Positions 18,855-24,000 of a stretch of DNA of 24,000 nucleotides are shown here, piece after piece. Below the pieces are notes generated by a model. It was not told where the DNA came from. It was given only the letters and a program-made list of their open reading frames with translations, and did no database searches. The stretch's first letter is position 1, and every line of letters starts with the position of its first letter. The translations under genes were made by a program, and so were the position numbers. Source of the DNA: Escherichia coli (GTDB taxonomy: Bacteria > Pseudomonadota > Gammaproteobacteria > Enterobacterales > Enterobacteriaceae). The stretch lies in NCBI RefSeq assembly GCF_022493435.1, contig NZ_CP028751.1; one strand, written 5' to 3'.

Positions 18855-20013
18855 GATATCTTACCTGGATAGTTCTCGGTTTTACCATGGTTTACGTTCT
18901 TATTCGTCTGGTGACATACGGCTATTACCGGCAAATATCGGAAGAAACTCTTGTCAGGGGGGCCCGGGCCAGCTCCTATTTTATGGAAAGCCTGTATGGT
19001 ATTGCCACGGTAAAAATCCAGGGTATGGTCGGGATCCGGGGAACACACTGGCTTAACCTGAAAATAGATGCGATCAATTCAGGTATTAAGTTAACCAGGA
19101 TGGATTTGCTCTTCGGGGGAATAAATACTTTTGTTGCCGCCTGTGATCAGATGGCGATTTTATGGCTGGGTGCAAGCCTTGTGATCGATAATCAGATGAC
19201 AATAGGGATGTTTGTGGCATTTGGTTCTTTTCGTGGGCAGTTTTCGGATCGGGTTGCTTCGCTGACCAGTTTTCTTCTTCAACTGAGAATAATGAGTCTG
19301 CATAATGAGCGCATTGCAGATATTGCACTACATGAAAAGGAAGAAAAGAAACCGGAAATTGAAATCGTTGCTGACATGAGCCCGGTTTCACTGGAAACCA
19401 CTGATTTAAGCTACCGGTATGACAGCCAGTCAGCACAGGTATTCAGTGGTCTGAATTTGTCTGTGGCTCCGGGAGAAAGTGTGGCTATAACTGGTGCCTC
19501 CGGTGCCGGAAAAACCACATTAATGAAAGTATTATGTGGACTGTTTGAACCAGATAGTGGAAAAGTACTGGTTAATGGCACGGATATACGTCAACTTGGA
19601 ATAAATAATTATCACCGTATGATAGCCTGTGTTATGCAGGACGACCGGCTATTTTCAGGATCAATTCGTGAAAATATCTGTGGGTTTGCAGAAGAAACAG
19701 ACGACGAATGGATGACAGAATGTGCCAGAGCAAGTCATATTCATGATGTGATAATGAAAATGCCAATGGGGTATGAAACGTTAATAGGTGAACTGGGGGA
19801 AGGTCTTTCCGGCGGTCAAAAACAGCGTATATTCATTGCCCGAGCTTTATACCGGAAACCTGGAATATTATTTATGGATGAGGCTACAAGTTCTCTTGAT
19901 ACAGAAAGTGAACGTTTCGTGAATGCTGCCATAAAAAAATGAATATCACCCGGGTGATTATTGCACACAGAGAAACTACGTTGAGAACTGTTGACAGGAT
20001 TATTTCTATTTAA
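18855..20013 (+). pseudogene. mchF: Microcin export peptidase/ATPase (MchF/CvaB family), 5'-truncated at the IS and frameshifted near the 3' end
   Basis: ABC exporter TM region plus Walker A ITGASGAGKTTLMK, LSGGQKQR, FMDEATSSLD; N-terminal peptidase part absent; after IKK* the terminal MNITRVIIAHRETTLRTVDRIISI continues in another frame to TAA at 20011. Confidence 0.85.
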
Positions 20014-20048
20014 AATCCACTGGTGTAACTTTGTAAGGAGTTTTGTCT

Positions 20049-20270
20049 ATGGGGGAGGTTAAGAAGGATATAAAAATAACAGTGATTGCTTTTGTTATCA
20101 ATTATCTGTTCTTTTATATTCCGGTGTCATTATATCTTATTTATTACTATGGATATAATTTTTTTAATCTATATATGTTTTTTTTATCACTTGTAGTTAC
20201 ATTTTTATCGTTGTGGTTAAACGTGAATTTTTACTTCTTCACAAATCTTATAGCGAAGGTGTTGAAATGA
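20049..20270 (+). CDS. mcmI: Microcin M immunity protein
   Basis: 73-aa hydrophobic protein (MGEVKKDIKITVIAFVINYLFFYIPVSLYLIYYYG...) directly upstream of and overlapping mcmA by ATGA. Confidence 0.85.
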   Translation: MGEVKKDIKITVIAFVINYLFFYIPVSLYLIYYYGYNFFNLYMFFLSLVVTFLSLWLNVNFYFFTNLIAKVLK

Positions 20271-20545
20271 GAAAACTATCTGAAAATGAAATAAAACAAA
20301 TATCTGGAGGTGACGGGAATGACGGGCAGGCAGAATTAATTGCTATTGGTTCACTTGCTGGTACGTTTATTAGTCCGGGATTTGGTTCTATTGTAGGGGC
20401 TTATATAGGTGATAAAGTCCATTCATGGGCAACGACTGCAACGGTAAGTCCCTCCATGTCTCCCTCAGGTATAGGATTATCATCCCAGTTTGGATCTGGC
20501 AGAGGTACATCAAGTGCCTCTTCGTCTGCGGGGAGTGGAAGTTAA
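20267..20545 (+). CDS. mcmA: Microcin M precursor (class IIb catecholate-siderophore microcin)
   Basis: 92 aa; double-glycine leader MRKLSENEIKQISGG then DGNDGQAELIAIGSLAGTF...; serine/glycine-rich C-terminus RGTSSASSSAGSGS typical of siderophore microcins. Confidence 0.95.
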   Translation: MRKLSENEIKQISGGDGNDGQAELIAIGSLAGTFISPGFGSIVGAYIGDKVHSWATTATVSPSMSPSGIGLSSQFGSGRGTSSASSSAGSGS

Positions 20546-20557
20546 ACCTTATATTGT

Positions 20558-20588
20558 TAATGAAGCACCTGTAACAGGTGCTTCATTA
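20558..20588 (+). terminator. Stem-loop after mcmA
   Basis: Perfect 14-bp stem TAATGAAGCACCTG-TAA-CAGGTGCTTCATTA immediately downstream of mcmA. Confidence 0.75.
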
Positions 20589-20721
20589 TATGATAATGGT
20601 GCCTATGTAACGCGGTTTAAGTTAGGCTCTTCCGAACGTTTATCATTTTATGCATACCGCATAGTAACAATGCCAGTCCGTTTAATTTTTATCATATGAG
20701 ATTGTAACAGAAAATGCTCTG

Positions 20722-21408
20722 TTAATGAGTATAACTGATATAAGCCAGATATTGTATTCCTGCTATGACTGCATTCATCGACATGTGAAGTAATATGGGC
20801 ATTAACAGGCCATTCGACTTTATTTTTGCACTAATAAGAACTAACGATACCAGAAAGAGCATCAAAAATGTACGAAAGTCAGTATATTGTAGATGTAATG
20901 CAGAAAATATGACTGATGTTACAATAGCAGAGATGCAAATATTGTCATTAAACCAGGATTTAAAAGAGTTAAAAAGACACCCTCGAAATACAATCTCTTC
21001 ATATACAGGAACAAGAAGTACAGAAGAAAATATATTAATCCATAAAATGGCCCCGGAAAAAGACATTTGCGAGATCATCCATTCTTCCGTTTTCCTCACT
21101 GCCAGCAGATAAGGGACAAATAACTGAATAATCATTATTAAAGAGAAAAGAGTAAAAAAAACATCCAGTCGAAAAGAACCTCTTCCTAATCCTTCTCTTT
21201 TTCGGAAGAAAATAAAATACAGTGGAACAAGAATTAGAAATTCAGCAAGAAATAATGCTGGAACAAGAAGCCCCCTAGATATAAGTTCCTGCCTGTTTGT
21301 AAGGAATGCAGGAATAAAGGTAATAGAAAATGATAAAGTAAACATTGAAAAGCAGCCGGGTGATGACTGTTTTTTTATAGTTGCATTTTTATTTTTTGTT
21401 ATTTCCAT
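20722..21408 (-). CDS. CPBP-family intramembrane metalloprotease
   Basis: Multi-TM protein with the motifs EEIVFRG, SALHLQYTD and HMSMNAV typical of CPBP/Abi proteases. Confidence 0.85.
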   Translation of the reverse strand: MEITKNKNATIKKQSSPGCFSMFTLSFSITFIPAFLTNRQELISRGLLVPALFLAEFLILVPLYFIFFRKREGLGRGSFRLDVFFTLFSLIMIIQLFVPYLLAVRKTEEWMISQMSFSGAILWINIFSSVLLVPVYEEIVFRGCLFNSFKSWFNDNICISAIVTSVIFSALHLQYTDFRTFLMLFLVSLVLISAKIKSNGLLMPILLHMSMNAVIAGIQYLAYISYTH

Positions 21409-21502
21409 TTATATTTCCTTACTTGTAAAATTCTTCTATTTAACAGGAAGAGGTAACCATAGAATGAATGTTTATTTTCCTGTATCAGAACAGCCATGAC
21501 TT

Positions 21503-21973
21503 TTATTTTATAGTTGTTATCAGTGAATGAATGCAAACTAATAGAACAATGAGAAAAATAATGGAGAAAAAGCGACGGACCGGACGCCATAGTTCATATT
21601 CTCGTGTATCAGCCTCACGTATCAACCTTTCTGAAATGGTTTCGGTTTCCTTACCTCGTTCCAGAATATGTCTGTAATATTTCCTCATGACATATACCGA
21701 AAACTGAAACCAGATTAATATGGATGGACACACAACACATAAACTTCTGATGATATCACCAGGGAAAGTATCTTGGGCGGGTAAAAGAAAGTCATATACT
21801 CTGAATAAAATCATCATCGAGATAAATGAGACGCCAGCACCTATCCAGTATTCGATATGGGAAGATGCAGCATTATATGCGTCAGTAAAATTTTTCTTTC
21901 TTAATGAAGGTGGAAGTGCTGAAAGTTCAGGAATGCTTTTTCTTGTCCAGTATATTTTCATATAGCAACTCAT
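21503..21973 (-). CDS. Hypothetical membrane protein, 156 aa
   Basis: Uninterrupted ORF with hydrophobic segments (YWIGAGVSFISMMILFRVYDFLL; FFSIIFLIVLLVCIHSLITTI), in line with the CPBP gene. Confidence 0.6.
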   Translation of the reverse strand: MSCYMKIYWTRKSIPELSALPPSLRKKNFTDAYNAASSHIEYWIGAGVSFISMMILFRVYDFLLPAQDTFPGDIIRSLCVVCPSILIWFQFSVYVMRKYYRHILERGKETETISERLIREADTREYELWRPVRRFFSIIFLIVLLVCIHSLITTIK

Positions 21974-22058
21974 ATAAAAAGTGTTCTACTTTACTATGAT
22001 GATGACGATTTATAAAAGGCTTATAATGACTACTTCTCCTTTCATTCTCGAATTTCAC

Positions 22059-22083
22059 GATAATGATAGAGATAATCATTATC
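22059..22083. promoter_or_regulatory. Putative overlapping Fur binding sites
   Basis: GATAATGATAGAGATAATCATTATC; 22065-22083 matches the 19-bp Fur consensus at 17/19 positions; a TTGACT -35-like element follows. Confidence 0.75.
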
Positions 22084-22148
22084 AATTGACTGTGTCAGTA
22101 ATTTTGACTTACATCACACTTTCATGGTTTAATCAGGTGATTTATTTA

Positions 22149-22217
22149 ATGAAAAGAGTGTGTTTGTGGATGTATTGTGTATATGTCTTACTGGGCATCT
22201 GTTCTTACATTAATTAA
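22149..22217 (+). CDS. Possible 22-aa peptide downstream of the Fur-like site
   Basis: MKRVCLWMYCVYVLLGICSYIN* after AGGTG-containing leader; position suggests a small leader ORF. Very short, so weak. Confidence 0.3.
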   Translation: MKRVCLWMYCVYVLLGICSYIN

Positions 22218-22433
22218 TATATTGCTATATAAGTATTGGTGGTATTGTCAGTAATATTCTTTTGGTTAATTTAGTTATTATTCCTCACTGATTAATTGTC
22301 CTTCCGTTCTTATTGTTTGTAACTTGTGTTTGTATCGTACCTTTCAGGTGTTGATGCGCGCTTTACTGTGTCTGCACCGGCTTGACAAAATTCAACAGGG
22401 TTTGAAAAGGAACATTTCGTGCAAATAACCTAA

Positions 22434-22931
22434 GCCTTAATTTCAGAGCCGGGAGACATCCGGCGTTTTGTTCAGCAGGCGGTGGACCACTGGCCAAATC
22501 TGTTGGCATTTCACTTCACGCTCTATTCGGCAGAAGGAAACATCAACGGGCAACAGATTCATGCATTCTGTACTGCCTTTTACCGACAGGTGCAAGAACA
22601 TATTACTGAGCGTAATCACACTGCCAGTCCAGCACCGCCGGTGGTATTACGCTGGTTGCGGGAACAACATGGAGGAGCAACAATACGATGCCTGTTGCTG
22701 CTCAGCCAGGCGAGCATTTGCCATCTGCGGGTCAGTGCCACAGTTGATGAAGAATGTTCGCAAGTGGTGGATTTACTGCAGCAGGCCTGGCGGGGGATAA
22801 ACGCTGGCGGACAATGTCGGGTGGAAAGGTGTTTTCGGGTTACCTGGCCTGATACATCAGAGCAATACGTTGCGTTAAAAACAGCTGTTCAGTCTCTGAT
22901 ACCACTGGTTATTGCAACAATTATCCGGTGA
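22434..22931 (+). pseudogene. Inovirus Gp2 / YfjJ-like C-terminal fragment (second homologue in window)
   Basis: VVLRWLREQHGGATIRCLLLLSQASI...VDLLQQAWRGI resembles the Gp2-family core (REQ...H.HxLLLLN...); no convincing N-terminus. Confidence 0.5.
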
Positions 22932-23172
22932 TGATCGGGAGAAATATCAACTCTTCCGTTAATTTTTACAGACTGATAAAGTTTTGTCTGCTGAATCTTT
23001 ATACGGAATTCTTTTCAGTATGTGTACACGAATTGACTCTATGGCGGATAAATACTGTTTTACCTTGGCGGAATTAATCCTCACGTCTTCGCCAGCAGTG
23101 GCAGGATGTCCTGGAGGAGTGTCGGCAGACTGAGGCGGGGCAGAAGAACGGCTGCATATTGCACTGCTGAAT

Positions 23173-23742
23173 GTGGATTACGTCACCAGTTTTGAACTGC
23201 CTTTTCGTCTGCTTTTAACCCGGACGCCACAGCTGATTGTTACACTTCGGGAAGCATGGGATATCAGCCAGAAAAATGTGGTGTTCAACGATAAACGGTT
23301 TGGCTGCGTGTACAGCCTGAAAGCCAGTCTTTCTGGTGTGCCGGATATATTCCGGTATCATCTGTCTCATCGTATTCGCCGGATGGTTGGGAGTGAAAAT
23401 ACATCATCGCCATGGCAGCAAATTGCCCGGGAAGTGAAAGCGCCCCGTGAACGACTGAAGTATGCGCTGGAAACGGGATTGCAGGTGATCGCACTGAACG
23501 GCCTGTTTTGGTCAGACAGTCAGCGTCTGGTGGTGGATATTCTGAGGCTAAGCGCCAACAGACGTGATACAGGAAATCGTCCGCATCCCCATTTACCGTC
23601 TTATATCACTGGCGCTGACACTGAAAGCATGGTCGTCAGAGACTCTGTCTGGCAACCAAGGGAGCAGAGGCCGGAGGTAATTGACAGGAGCCTTGCGCCG
23701 GGTTACGTATGTTCTCCCCGGACAGACAGGCTCAGTTTGTAG
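23173..23742 (+). pseudogene. Decayed island gene whose 3' part is replaced by an IS end
   Basis: GTG-start ORF MDYVTSFELPFRLLLTRTPQLIV...; sequence after 23570 is IS-terminus-derived, so the annotated C-terminus is probably chimeric. Confidence 0.45.
23570..23620 (-). mobile_element. Solo terminus of the same IS type as 10029..11680
   Basis: CAGGAAATCGTCCGCATCCCC...CTTATATCACTGGCGCTGACA parallels CAGGAAATCGTCCGCATCCCCCTTATATCATTGGCGCTGACA at 11639-11680. Confidence 0.75.
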
Positions 23743-24000
23743 AATCTACAAATTACTACTACTGATGCTGCCGGGGAAAGGCGTAACGAAAAAACAGCCT
23801 CCGTTACCGGATAGCAAGGAGGCTGAATGGAGTTTATAGGATTTGCGTTTTTATAATGTCTGGCCATGCGGTAAAACCGGACAGGTTTTATTATCATGTG
23901 AGGTATTCTGACATAAAATGCTGGATTTTTATTTTGTGACGAATGCTGCAAAATTGAATCTGCACTCTGATGTAACTTTTATCTGTTTCAGTGAAGTATG

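Noticed and set aside
17608-18857. Target-site duplication for the IS3-like element
   Set aside because: Flanks AATA|TGATC and GATCA|GATATC do not show a matching 3-4 bp duplication, so no TSD is claimed; fits insertion followed by deletion of the mchF 5' part.

Overview
The window starts in a conserved Escherichia-type chromosomal block (proB, proA, tRNA-Thr(CGT), i.e. thrW) and continues into a mosaic genomic island downstream of the tRNA. The island contains: (1) two convergent uncharacterised ORFs; (2) a satellite/cryptic-prophage module in the order AlpA-like regulator, truncated DUF3987 (YfjI-like) copy, full DUF3987 gene, a ~970-nt ORF-poor tract dense in inverted repeats, and an inovirus Gp2/YfjJ-like gene; (3) an IS3-family element with a frameshifted transposase; (4) a KAP P-loop NTPase; (5) ISL3-, Tn3- and IS110-like transposase debris; (6) a degraded microcin M locus, with an island-borne DAHP synthase behind a Fur-box-like site, an IS3-like element, a 5'-truncated and 3'-frameshifted MchF/CvaB-type exporter, mcmI-mcmA, a CPBP protease and a second Fur-like palindrome; (7) decayed phage/satellite genes and a solo IS end. 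The best candidate for something undescribed is the apparently structured RNA or DNA region at 8351-9317, between the DUF3987 and Gp2-like genes. A related duplicated leader hairpin precedes both DUF3987 copies. All family assignments come from reading the sequence and recalled knowledge; no searches or folding programs were run.
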